Positions 11,897-21,502 are shown, counted from the stretch's first letter. The stretch: 64,000 nt of DNA from an uncultured Chloroflexia bacterium (GCA_963748625.1 CAVVJT010000005.1:32001-96000); one strand, 5' to 3'. Notes: generated from the sequence alone by a model not told the origin. Numbers and translations: made by a program.

Positions 11897-12525
11897 GACC
11901 GGGCCTCCGGTCGCTGGTCGGCGCGGGCCTCGGCCTCGGCCACGGCGGCCCGTTCGGCAGCGAGCGCCTGACGGAGGCTCTCGCGGGCCCGAGTCAACAG
12001 GGCGCGCGCGGCGACGTGCGAGACGCCGAGGGCGGCCGCGAGCTCGATGCCGGTGAGATCGTGCAGCTCGGCAAGCAGCAGGGCGGACCGCTGGCGCTCC
12101 GGGATCCGCTCCAGCGCCCGCTCGAGCTCGCCCGACAGGCGGGCCTCCATCACGAGGTGCTCAGCGGACGGCGCCGTGTTGCGGGTCTCGCCCACGAGGG
12201 GGATGAAGCGGATGATGCGCTTGCGACGCAGATCGTCGAGGGCGACGCGGTGGGCGATCTGGTACAGCCATGCGCGCGCGTTCTCGGGCTTCTCGAGCGT
12301 GTCGTAGGCCTTGTAGGCCTTCACGAACGCGTCCTGCGTGAGGTCGGCAGCGAGCTCGGGGTCGCGAAGCATGCGCACCAGGTACGCGTAGATCTCGCGC
12401 TGATGCCTACCGAACAGCTCCTCGACGAAGCGATACGCCTCGTCGCGGTCCCATGCGGAGGTCACCGGTCGACCGACCGGCATGGCGCGCCGCTGCTGTT
12501 CGAGCTGGAAGGGATCTGCGACCAC
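11893..12525 (-). CDS. ECF RNA polymerase sigma-70 factor
   Basis: AADLTQDAFVKAY, AWLYQIAHR..LD..RR, region 4 helix-turn-helix; start uncertain. Confidence 0.92.
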   Translation of the reverse strand: MVADPFQLEQQRRAMPVGRPVTSAWDRDEAYRFVEELFGRHQREIYAYLVRMLRDPELAADLTQDAFVKAYKAYDTLEKPENARAWLYQIAHRVALDDLRRKRIIRFIPLVGETRNTAPSAEHLVMEARLSGELERALERIPERQRSALLLAELHDLTGIELAAALGVSHVAARALLTRARESLRQALAAERAAVAEAEARADQRPEARS

Positions 12526-12633
12526 GTGCGCTCCGGCTGGATGGATCGGAACCCCCCGATCCGGAGCTTGGCGCTCCAGGCCCCTCTGACGATCGTCTCC
12601 CCCACCCTGTGACGGCCTCCTCCCCCGGCTCCG

Positions 12634-13635
12634 TCAGCGAAACGGATGCTCCGGCTCCGCCGCTCCCGGCCCTGTCCGGAGCTCGTCCACCGCGTCCTCG
12701 GGCGAGACCGGGTTGACGGGCAGTCCGGTCCCCAACTCAAGACCTGCAATCTCGCGCAAGCGTGGGTGGATCTCCCAGTGCCAATGGTACGTGGCATCGA
12801 CGTGCTCTTTGAGCGGACTGCTGTGGAGGACGAGGTTGTAGGGCGGTCCGTCGAGGCTGGCGGCAAGCTGGCCCAGCACGTGGCGCAACGCCTCCGCGGT
12901 TGCGGCGATGTCGGCATCGGAGGCCCGCGCGAAGTCGCTGTCGTGGCGGCGCGGGACCACCCAGATCTCGAACGGCGAGCGGCTCGCGTAGGGTGCGAAC
13001 GCGACGGCGTTCGCGTCGGCGTAGAGCAGGCGGTCGGGGCGGCGTACCTCGTCGCGGACCAGACGGCAGTAGGGGCACTCACCCTCACGGATCATGAACC
13101 GCGCGGCCCCGCCGAGCTCCTCCGCGATCCGGTGCGGGATCTGCGGCAGGTCGTAGAGGTCGAAGCAGAGGTGGTTGGTCCGGGCGCCCGCCTGCTGGCC
13201 CCAGTTCTGGACGACCTGGAGGTGCTGCGTCCGCCCGGCCTGCCGCGACGCGGTGATCTCGTCCCGGCAGCGCGCGAGCAGCGCTTCGATCTCGTGGTTG
13301 CCCACCGCGTGCAGGGGGCGGTGCTCCCCCGGCGGCGCCACCACCGTCCGCCACGAGCCCGCGGCCCTCGCCTCGGTGAGCGCGAGCTGGGCGACCTGCC
13401 CGTCGCGTGCCCGCGCCTCCTCCTCCGTGCCCGCCACCGTGAACGCGAAGTCCTTGAGGACCCGCAGGCGCACCCCGTCGCCGGGCGGGATCCGGCAGTT
13501 GAAGCAGTCTCCCCGATCCTCGGCCCGCCCGGCGGGCAGCGCGAACCGCTCGCGCGCGAACGTGCGGTCGATGATCGTGGCCACCCACCACGACGTGATC
13601 GCGTCCTTGCGCAGCTCGAACAGGCCCTGACTCAC
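12634..13635 (-). CDS. GalT/HIT-superfamily nucleotidyltransferase homolog with altered active site
   Basis: ELRKD..T..WV, CFNC, CPYC, FAPYASRSPFEIW, YHWHWEIHPRL..AGLELGTG..VNPV.PE; HPHxQ replaced by HLCFD. Confidence 0.85.
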   Translation of the reverse strand: MSQGLFELRKDAITSWWVATIIDRTFARERFALPAGRAEDRGDCFNCRIPPGDGVRLRVLKDFAFTVAGTEEEARARDGQVAQLALTEARAAGSWRTVVAPPGEHRPLHAVGNHEIEALLARCRDEITASRQAGRTQHLQVVQNWGQQAGARTNHLCFDLYDLPQIPHRIAEELGGAARFMIREGECPYCRLVRDEVRRPDRLLYADANAVAFAPYASRSPFEIWVVPRRHDSDFARASDADIAATAEALRHVLGQLAASLDGPPYNLVLHSSPLKEHVDATYHWHWEIHPRLREIAGLELGTGLPVNPVSPEDAVDELRTGPGAAEPEHPFR

Positions 13636-14366
13636 GGCAGCTCACCCGCCAGCGCGGCGCCGATGCGGGCAGCGAGGGACGGCGCGAACGCGCGTGCGGC
13701 CCCCGCCACGCTCTCCGTGGTGGGCGGCTCCGTGCGGCGGCCCAGCTCCGACCAGACCGAGGTCGAGATGAGACCGGGCATGCCGCAGGGATCGATCAGG
13801 TCGAAGTCGCGCAGGTCCACGCTCACGTTGAGCGCGATGCCGTGGTAGCTCACGCCCCGCTCGATCCGGATGCCGAGCGCGCCGATCTTGCGCGGATCAG
13901 GGCCGTCCGCGCCCACCCAGCAGCCCGGGTGTCCCTCGCGCGCGCCGGCGGTCACCCCGAACGCCGCGCAGGTGTCCACCAGCGCGCCCTCGAGCGCGCC
14001 GACGTACGGCCGCACGTGGAGACCCCGGTCGGCGAGCTTCACGATTGCGTACGCCACGAGCTGGCCGGGGCCGTGGTAGGTCACCTCGCCACCGCGCTCC
14101 ACGCGGATCAGCTCGATCCCGCGCGCCTCCAGGATCGACGACGGGGCCAGCACATGGTCCTCGTGCGCCTGGCGGCCGAGCGTCAGGACCGCCGGGTGCT
14201 CGAGCAGCAGCAGCGTGTCCCCGATCTCATCGCGCGCCCGCTCCCCGGCGAGGCGCTTCTGGAGGTCCCAGGCCTCGCGATAGCCGATCCGTCCCAGCCA
14301 GCGCGCCTCGAGGGGCGCACCGGCACCGGCCGGGGTGGGTTCGCGGTCCGTCTCAACGGCGTGCAT
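13632..14366 (-). CDS. lipB: Octanoyltransferase
   Basis: LLLEHPAVLTLG, RGGEVTYHGPGQLVAY, RKIGALG, HGIALN, PCG. Confidence 0.95.
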   Translation of the reverse strand: MHAVETDREPTPAGAGAPLEARWLGRIGYREAWDLQKRLAGERARDEIGDTLLLLEHPAVLTLGRQAHEDHVLAPSSILEARGIELIRVERGGEVTYHGPGQLVAYAIVKLADRGLHVRPYVGALEGALVDTCAAFGVTAGAREGHPGCWVGADGPDPRKIGALGIRIERGVSYHGIALNVSVDLRDFDLIDPCGMPGLISTSVWSELGRRTEPPTTESVAGAARAFAPSLAARIGAALAGELP

Positions 14367-14503
14367 GGCGCGGACGATAGCAGGGGTGCATGCACGCGCC
14401 ATCACCACGCCACACTGGACCCAGCGCCCGCATCCACGGGTAGCGCGCCCGCAGCGTGCAACGGCGAGCCCGGCGTCATGCCCGGGGGCGTCATGCTCCC
14501 GTC

Positions 14504-16507
14504 ATGCAGTCACCCGCGGCCTTCCCGCATCTCCTCGCGCCGCTCAGCATCGGCAGGGTCACCATCCGCAACCGGATCATGTCGTCCGGCCACGACACCG
14601 TGATGGCCCGGGGAGGCCTGATCACCGACCAGCTGATCGCGTACCAGGAGGCCCGGGCGAAGGGCGGGGCGGGACTGATCATCATCCAGGTCGCTGGCGT
14701 CCACCCCACCGCCCGCTACACGTCCACGGAGCTCACGGCGGACACGGACGCCTCCATCCCCGGGTACACGGCCATCGCAGAGGCGATCCACCAGCACGGT
14801 GCGACCGTCTTCGGGCAGCTCTTCCACGGCGGCCGCGAGATCATGGACACCGAGGACGGCACCCTCGCCGAGGCGCTTGCGCCATCCGCCGTCCCCACGG
14901 ACCGCTTCCACGTGGTGCCCCGGGCGATGTCCGACGCGCTCATCCGCGAGATCGTCGATGGGTTTGGAAGGGCCGCGGCGCGCCTGGAGGCGGCGGGCCT
15001 GGACGGGTGCGAGGTGCTCGCGGGGTGGGGCTACCTCGCGTCCCAGTTCCTCAACCCGCGCACCAACCTGCGCGACGACGCGTGGGGTGGGGACGCGGAG
15101 CGGCGGCTGCGCTTCCTCGCGGAGTCGCTGCGCACGATCCGGCGCTCGGTGTCGCCCGGCTTCGTGGTTGGCGTGCGGCTGTCGATCGGCGAGGTCACCG
15201 ACGACGGCCTGACCGAGGACGAGGCGCTCGCGGCGCTCGCGGCGCTCGATGCCGAGGGGCTCATGGACTACGTGAGCGTGATGGTCGGGACGTCCGCGTC
15301 GCTCCTGGGCTCGGACCACATCGTGCCGCCGGCGCCGATCCCCACCGGCTACATCCTGCCGCAGGCGGCGCGGGTGCGGGCGACGGTGAGGGTGCCGATC
15401 TTCCTCGCCGCGCGCTTCAACCAGCCGCAGGACGCGGAGAACGCCCTCGCCGCGGGTGCATGCGACATGACGATCATGACCCGCGCCCTTATCTGCGACC
15501 CGGAGATGCCGGCCAAGACCGCCGAGGGCCGGCTCGACGAAATCCGCGCCTGCATCGGCTGCAACCAGGCCTGCATCGGCCACTTCCACGCGGGCTACCC
15601 GATCTCGTGCGTCCAGTTCCCGGAGACCGGGCGCGAGCGGCTGTTCCCGCGGCCCGGCGCCGGCGGGCACCAGCGCCATCCGGCGGCGGCACGGTCGCGC
15701 CGGGTGCTGGTTGTGGGCGGGGGTCCCGCGGGGCTCAAGGCTGCGGCGGTCGCGGCGGAACGGGGACACGACGTCACACTGGTCGAGGCGGAGCGCTGGG
15801 TGGGCGGCCAGGTGCGACTCGCCCAACGGCTGCCCGGGCGCAACGAGATGGGCGGCGCGATCACGAACCTCGAGGGCGAGGCGCGCCGCGCGGGGGTGAC
15901 GATCGTGACGGGCACGCGGGTAGACGCCGCGTACGTGCGCGAGGCCCGCGCGGATGTCGTCCTGGTGGCCACGGGTGCCGTCCCCTACCGGCCGCCGCTG
16001 GAGATCATGGGCGCGCCGCGGGTGCTTGACGCGTGGGACGTGATCCGCGGCGTGGAGGTGCCGGTCGGCAGGGTGGTCGTTGCGGACTGGCGCTGCGACT
16101 GGGTGGGCCTGGGCCTGGCCACGATGCTCTCGACGGGCGGGCGCCGGGTCGTCCTGGCGTCGTCGGGGTACTACGCCGGGCAGCGCCTCCAGCAATACGT
16201 CCGGGACCAGATGCTCGTGGCGGCCCGGAAGGCCCGGGTGGAGATGCTCACCACCGTGAAGCCGTTCGGCGCCGACGACACGACGGTCTACCTGCAGGAC
16301 GTGCTCACGGGCGACGCGGTGGTCATTGAGGATACGGTGGCGCTCGTCCTGGCGACCGGGCACGTGCCCGCCGGTGGCCTGCTCGAGGAGCTGGCCGCGG
16401 AGGCCGCCAGCGGGGCGTTCGAGGTGCACGGGATCGGCGACGTGCTGGCCCCGCGGACGATCGAGGAGGCGGTCCTCGACGGACTCCGGGCGGGGGTCGC
16501 CATCTAG
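14504..16507 (+). CDS. NADH:flavin oxidoreductase (OYE barrel + 4Fe-4S + FAD/NAD domain)
   Basis: RAKGGAGLI, QLFHGG, GYLASQFLNP.TN.R.D.WGG, CIGCNQAC, VVGGGPAG. Confidence 0.9.
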   Translation: MQSPAAFPHLLAPLSIGRVTIRNRIMSSGHDTVMARGGLITDQLIAYQEARAKGGAGLIIIQVAGVHPTARYTSTELTADTDASIPGYTAIAEAIHQHGATVFGQLFHGGREIMDTEDGTLAEALAPSAVPTDRFHVVPRAMSDALIREIVDGFGRAAARLEAAGLDGCEVLAGWGYLASQFLNPRTNLRDDAWGGDAERRLRFLAESLRTIRRSVSPGFVVGVRLSIGEVTDDGLTEDEALAALAALDAEGLMDYVSVMVGTSASLLGSDHIVPPAPIPTGYILPQAARVRATVRVPIFLAARFNQPQDAENALAAGACDMTIMTRALICDPEMPAKTAEGRLDEIRACIGCNQACIGHFHAGYPISCVQFPETGRERLFPRPGAGGHQRHPAAARSRRVLVVGGGPAGLKAAAVAAERGHDVTLVEAERWVGGQVRLAQRLPGRNEMGGAITNLEGEARRAGVTIVTGTRVDAAYVREARADVVLVATGAVPYRPPLEIMGAPRVLDAWDVIRGVEVPVGRVVVADWRCDWVGLGLATMLSTGGRRVVLASSGYYAGQRLQQYVRDQMLVAARKARVEMLTTVKPFGADDTTVYLQDVLTGDAVVIEDTVALVLATGHVPAGGLLEELAAEAASGAFEVHGIGDVLAPRTIEEAVLDGLRAGVAI

Positions 16508-16739
16508 CGGAGATCGCCGTCGGGCGGGGGTCGCCATCTGCGGAGATCGCCGTCGGGCGGGCGTGGCCATCGGACGGGTGCATCGCCATCGGAGGAAGCA
16601 TCCCAACTCCTGGGCCGGCCCTGGCCCGGCCCTGGCCCCGCCCAGACCCCCGCCGCTGGCCCCGCCCAGACCCCCGGCCATGCCGGTACGCGCCGGACAT
16701 TGGGATGCTTACGCCATCGGACGGGTGCATCGCCATCGG
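16487..16739. repeat. Composite intergenic repeat: ~33-bp tandem units, 27-bp direct repeats flanking an inverted-repeat pair
   Basis: gccatcggacgggtgcatcgccatcgg at 16566 and 16713; aagcatcccaa (16596) and ttgggatgctt (16700). Confidence 0.75.
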
Positions 16740-16869
16740 GGGGAGAGGCTGCTACAGTCTGCGGCAGCCTGTTGTCCGTAGCCACGGATGGCGGGTGAGG
16801 ACCCGAGGGCGACGGAACCGCTCCCGGGTCCGTTCTCGTTTTCGGCCCCTCCGTGTCGCCGGGCGGAGC

Positions 16870-18636
16870 TCAGCCGCGCAGCGAGTCCCAGCCGATGCGG
16901 GGCACGCGGGTGAGGCGGCGGTCCCCCTCGAAGCGCACGAGCTCGCGCATGAGCGTGTCTGCCGTGCGGTGGCTGGCGAACCACGGCGGCTTGGGCCAGG
17001 CCCGGAACGGTCCGCGCGCGACGGTCTTGAGCGAGCGATCGAACATCAGCGGGTTGTGGACGACGCCGGTGCCGGAGCCGATGTCGGTCCGGTCGTGGCC
17101 GGGATAGGCGCCCCAGGGCGTGATGCCCAAGCCGTAGCCGACGGCGGACCAGGCGTTGATCGAGACCGTGCCGTAGCGCAGGTCGCGGATCGCCCGGTCG
17201 AGCGCGGGCCTGACCGCAGGGTCCCTGGCGGTACGCGGGTCCACGATCACGGTGGCGTTGAGCGTGCCCCACAGCTCCTCGTTGACGAAACGCGTCGCGC
17301 GGTCGAGGAAGGCTGCCGCGTCCGTGGCCTCGAGCGGCGTCTCAGCGGTGACGGAGCAGAAGGCCTCCACCCGGTAGCACGGATCGCCCGTGGCCTCGGG
17401 CGACAGGGCAGGGATGAGCATCCAGGGCAGGTGGCCATCACCGTGGGCGCCGAACTGCTCCGCCTCGGGATGGGCCTCGGCGAATGCCGCGTACCGGTGG
17501 GCAGCACCGGGGTAGTAGGCGAGCCGCGTGGGCATGGTGGCGAGGCGCGCTCGGATCCGGTCCAGGAGCTCCTGGCGCTGGGGCCAGTGCCTGGCCGTCA
17601 CGATGACGCGGGACGTCGTGCAGTTGAAGCCCGCGTTGTTCGTGAGCATGGTGACGATGTTCTCGGCGTGGTGGTCGAGGTCGCCCGCACTCCACCGCCC
17701 GGGCACCACGATGATCGGCGTGAGGTTGCCCAGTTCCGCGCTGAACGGCTTGTGGAGGAGTGGGGCGTCGCGTCGCCTGCGGTCCTCCGCGTCGGGGCCG
17801 GTCCCGAACACGATGGCGTCGTACGTGCGGTCCGAGCCGGTGATGTGGAGCGTGTCCACGCCGGGGTGGCTCGCCAGGTGGGCACCCTGGACGGCATCGC
17901 CCACCACGATCCGGACGACGCCCTCGCGGATCAGCGGCGCGAGCGCGGCGCTCTGCACCTCGGTGAGGTGGGCCATCACCGGGTGCATCTTGAGGACGCA
18001 GACCTGGTTCTCCACGAAGAGCTTGTGGATGACGTCGAGCGGGCCGATGGAGCTGGCGTTGCCGGCACCGAGCACCAGGCACACCCTGCCAGGCGGCGGG
18101 CTGGCGTGGTGGACCGCCATCGTCGACGGCAGGCTCTCGAGGGTGACGCCATCCTGCATCCACACGTCGGCGCTGAGACGGATGTAGGAGACGCGATCGA
18201 AGAGCTCCGCGGGCATGACGCGCGCCGCAACCCGGCCGTCCGGGAGGGTACGGGCGCCCCCCGGGATGTGGGGCGTCCCGGTGCGTGCGATGTCCCGCAT
18301 GGCGTTGCGGTGGAAGCGGGTCGCCCGCATGAAGATGTACGGCCCGACGATCGCCTCCTCCGCAGCGTCCACGCCCGCGGGATCGAGGCCCTCGTGGAGC
18401 GAGCCGAGCTCGGTCCAGCGGTCGGCGACGGGGATCGTGGCTCGCAGCACCTCGTCGAGGAGGGCGGCCTTGCGCTCAGGGGAGGTGCGCACCCAGGCGT
18501 CGGCGTGGGCGCGGAGCTCCGCGACGACTGCGTCGCAGGCGGGCAGCGGCGTGGGCGCCGGGACCGGCAGGCGGGGCTCGAAGTGGAGGTCGGGCGCGGG
18601 AACCCAGAGGTCGGGCGCGGCGGGGGCACTGGTCAT
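16870..18636 (-). CDS. Aldehyde dehydrogenase family protein
   Basis: LGAGN, HITGS, AELGN.TP, NAGFNC (catalytic Cys), EAF. Confidence 0.88.
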   Translation of the reverse strand: MTSAPAAPDLWVPAPDLHFEPRLPVPAPTPLPACDAVVAELRAHADAWVRTSPERKAALLDEVLRATIPVADRWTELGSLHEGLDPAGVDAAEEAIVGPYIFMRATRFHRNAMRDIARTGTPHIPGGARTLPDGRVAARVMPAELFDRVSYIRLSADVWMQDGVTLESLPSTMAVHHASPPPGRVCLVLGAGNASSIGPLDVIHKLFVENQVCVLKMHPVMAHLTEVQSAALAPLIREGVVRIVVGDAVQGAHLASHPGVDTLHITGSDRTYDAIVFGTGPDAEDRRRRDAPLLHKPFSAELGNLTPIIVVPGRWSAGDLDHHAENIVTMLTNNAGFNCTTSRVIVTARHWPQRQELLDRIRARLATMPTRLAYYPGAAHRYAAFAEAHPEAEQFGAHGDGHLPWMLIPALSPEATGDPCYRVEAFCSVTAETPLEATDAAAFLDRATRFVNEELWGTLNATVIVDPRTARDPAVRPALDRAIRDLRYGTVSINAWSAVGYGLGITPWGAYPGHDRTDIGSGTGVVHNPLMFDRSLKTVARGPFRAWPKPPWFASHRTADTLMRELVRFEGDRRLTRVPRIGWDSLRG

Positions 18637-18910
18637 GACGGCCCCATCATGCCGGACGGGGCCGGGCCGGGCTGTCGGAGGCCGCGCCGGACTCGCGGAG
18701 GCCACCAATGCGGTCACGCTCACGAACCCCGACGCGGGTGACCTGACGGGCACCACCATCTCACTGGTCATCAACGTTGTTGAAGGAGGCGGTGGGCGCC
18801 GCTGACCCCCACACACCTGCCACGACCGGGCCCTGCCGGCCCGGCGGATCCCGGGACGCGCGAAGGCGCGGCGCCGCAGACCGCCGGGCCGGCGCGATTC
18901 CCGGCACAAC

Positions 18911-18949
18911 CTCCACGTCATCTGCGCGGATCCTGCACCGGGGGCTGCA
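18911..18949 (+). promoter_or_regulatory. Four direct repeats with 11-bp period (OmpR/PhoB-type operator candidate)
   Basis: CTCCAC 18911, CTGCGC 18922, CTGCAC 18933, CTGCAA 18944, upstream of the gene preceding an OmpR-type two-component system. Confidence 0.55.
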
Positions 18950-19011
18950 AGCATCACCTTGATCCACTCCGACACGAGGCGAGCGGCCCCGTCCAAGGAC
19001 CCGAGAGGTGA

Positions 19012-19614
19012 ATGACGATGAAGACCAGGACACTCGCGACAGGCATCGCCGCCCTGCTGCTCCTGGGCGCCGTGACCGCGGTCTCGGCTGCCGGGAGTGG
19101 CCCCGGACCCGGCGCCGGTGACTGCGTCGAGGATTGCGACGGCACGCCGGATCGCGAGCAGGACCGCCTCCGGATCAGCGCTCCAGTGATTCCCGAAGTG
19201 GTCGATCTGGCGGTCCCCGCCGATGTGACCACCGCCGGCGACCAGGACCAGATCAGGGACCGTGACGGGTCGTGCATCGAAGACTGCGACGGCACACCAG
19301 ACCAGGACCGGCTGCGGACCCGGGACACGGACCGCATCGGCCAGGTGGCGGCCACGGCCGACGAGCCGAAGGTCGTGGGCTCGCAGGATCGCGAGCGGAG
19401 CCGCGAGAAGGACCGCGAGCGAGTCCGAGACGGCGCGGCCGTCGAGAAGCAGACGCGCACCCAGACGCAGACGCAGACGCAGACGCAGACCAAGGCTGAG
19501 ACGCAGGCTGAGACGCAGACGCAGGCTGAGACGCAGACGCAGGCTGAGACGCAGACGCAGACGCAGGCCGGCCCGGGGGCGGGCAACGGACCTGGATCCG
19601 GCCGCGGGGGCTGA
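19012..19614 (+). CDS. Secreted low-complexity protein with two CxEDCDGTPD repeats and a (QT)n tract
   Basis: Signal peptide, GAGAGG RBS, visible repeats. Confidence 0.8.
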   Translation: MTMKTRTLATGIAALLLLGAVTAVSAAGSGPGPGAGDCVEDCDGTPDREQDRLRISAPVIPEVVDLAVPADVTTAGDQDQIRDRDGSCIEDCDGTPDQDRLRTRDTDRIGQVAATADEPKVVGSQDRERSREKDRERVRDGAAVEKQTRTQTQTQTQTQTKAETQAETQTQAETQTQAETQTQTQAGPGAGNGPGSGRGG

Positions 19615-19795
19615 AGAATCCTATAGCGCCCCCGGCCGTGCCAGCCGGAGGGCGTGCTCTCGAACGGGACGGTCGGATCTTCCCCCATCCGACCGTCCCC
19701 CCCACCATGCTTGACGACGGTGGCACGCCCGGCACTCGCCGGGCGTGCCACCATACCGGCCAGATCGGCACAATCAGGGAGCCGCCGGTGCACCT

Positions 19796-21499
19796 ATGAG
19801 CTTGCGGGTTCGACTGGGCCTCTCGATGGCTATCGTCGCCGTCATCACCTCGCTGGTGATGGTGGCGTCGATGCCTGTCGTGATCCGGTACGGCTTCGAC
19901 CCCGTCCTCCCGGCAGCCGAGGCACCGTCGCCCACCGCGGCCGCTGCTTCGACTGCGGCCCCGAGCGCCGCATCGCAGGATCCGAGCACCCCGGCAGCGG
20001 GATCACCCGGCGTGATCGAGGGCGCGACGGCGGCCCCGGCGGCCTCCGGCCCCGTTCCCACCGGCCCCACCGGCTCCCGGTCCCCCGTTTCCAGCCCCAC
20101 GGCAACCCCGCGGGCCAGCCCATCGACCGGCCCGGCCCTGACCGCATCGCCGCCTCCTCCACCTTCGCCATCCAGGTCGCGTGCGCCGTCACCCTCCCCG
20201 GTCCGCAGCCGCCAGCCGAGTGAGCCTCCGAGGGGGTCGGCCAGCCCGAGCGCCACCGGATCGGGCGGATCTAGCGGTGGGCCGGGTGCCGGACCCAGCG
20301 GGGGGCCGGGTGGCGGGACGGGTGGCGGGTCCCCCGTCGACGGCGGTGGCGGGTCGACTCCGGCCCCGTCGGCTGGGAATTCAAGCGCGACGGGAGGCGC
20401 AGGCGCCAGCCAGCCCAGCGGAGGAGACAGCGGAACAGGCGGGGCGGTGTCGGCCATGCTCGCGGTCAGCCACCAGGACCCGCCAGCGACGGCTCGTGCG
20501 GCCGCCGACCCGCCCGCGACGGTGGCTCCCATCACGACCCCGGATCCCGTCACAAGCGCGGATCCCGCCACGGCGGCCTGGGTCGAGGTGGAGCGGCGCA
20601 CCTCCACGATGTTCGTCGTGATGGCCGTCCTGTCGGCGGTGGTGGCCATCGCGATCGGGCTGCTCCTCGCCGAGGCGGTGATCCGCCCGCTGCGCGCCCT
20701 CGGGAAGGACGCGGCCGCGATCGCCGGGGGCGACCTGGGCCGCCGGTCTGCGACGAGCGGGCGCAAGGACGAGATCGGGGAGCTGGGGCGGTCGTTCGAC
20801 ACCATGGCCGAAGCGCTCCAGCGGTCGGACGAGTCCCGGCGCCGCTTCCTGCAGGACGCTGCCCACGAGCTCGGGACCCCGGTCACCGCGATCCAGACCA
20901 CCGTGAGCGCGATCCTGGACGGCGTCTACGAGCCCGAGCGCCGTCACCTCGAGACGATCCGGGACGAGACCCGGCTGCTGGGCAGGATCGTGGACGACCT
21001 GCGCACCATCGCGCTGGCCGAAGTCGGGCAGCTGCCGCTGGCGACCGAGGAGGTCGACCTCGCGGCCGTGGCCGCATCCACCGCCGACGCCTTCGCCGCC
21101 AGGGCCGCCGAAGGCCGACGCACGCTCGTCGTGGACGGCCAGGAGTCCGTGATCACCTTGGGCGACCCGGACCGGCTCCGGCAGGTGCTGTCGGCCCTGG
21201 TCGACAACGCGCTGCGGCACGCGCCCGACGGAGGGCACGTTGCCATCCACCCGCTGCTCGTGGAGTCCCGGGCGGTCGTCGAGGTGGTCGACGACGGACC
21301 CGGTCTCGGCGAGCACCCCGAGCGCCTGTTCGACCGGTTCTTCCGGGCCGGCGCCCTGCCGGACCGGACGAGCGGACATGCCGGGCTGGGGCTGGCCATC
21401 GTGCGGGCGCTCGTGGAGGCGCAGGGCGGCCACGTGACGGCGGCCAACCGGCCGGAGGGCGGTGCCGTGTTCCGGGTCGACCTGCCGGCGGGAGCCTGA
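19796..21499 (+). CDS. Sensor histidine kinase (TM - low-complexity loop - TM - HAMP - HisKA - HATPase)
   Basis: DEIGELG..F..M, AAHELGTP, LVDNALRH, DDGPG, GLGLAIV. Confidence 0.92.
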   Translation: MSLRVRLGLSMAIVAVITSLVMVASMPVVIRYGFDPVLPAAEAPSPTAAAASTAAPSAASQDPSTPAAGSPGVIEGATAAPAASGPVPTGPTGSRSPVSSPTATPRASPSTGPALTASPPPPPSPSRSRAPSPSPVRSRQPSEPPRGSASPSATGSGGSSGGPGAGPSGGPGGGTGGGSPVDGGGGSTPAPSAGNSSATGGAGASQPSGGDSGTGGAVSAMLAVSHQDPPATARAAADPPATVAPITTPDPVTSADPATAAWVEVERRTSTMFVVMAVLSAVVAIAIGLLLAEAVIRPLRALGKDAAAIAGGDLGRRSATSGRKDEIGELGRSFDTMAEALQRSDESRRRFLQDAAHELGTPVTAIQTTVSAILDGVYEPERRHLETIRDETRLLGRIVDDLRTIALAEVGQLPLATEEVDLAAVAASTADAFAARAAEGRRTLVVDGQESVITLGDPDRLRQVLSALVDNALRHAPDGGHVAIHPLLVESRAVVEVVDDGPGLGEHPERLFDRFFRAGALPDRTSGHAGLGLAIVRALVEAQGGHVTAANRPEGGAVFRVDLPAGA

Positions 21500-21502
21500 G
21501 CC

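Noticed and set aside
18690-18805. Protein-like stretch EATNAVTLTNPDAGDLTGTTISLVINVVEGGGGRR
   Set aside because: Possibly a gene remnant, but too short and without a start or recognisable family.
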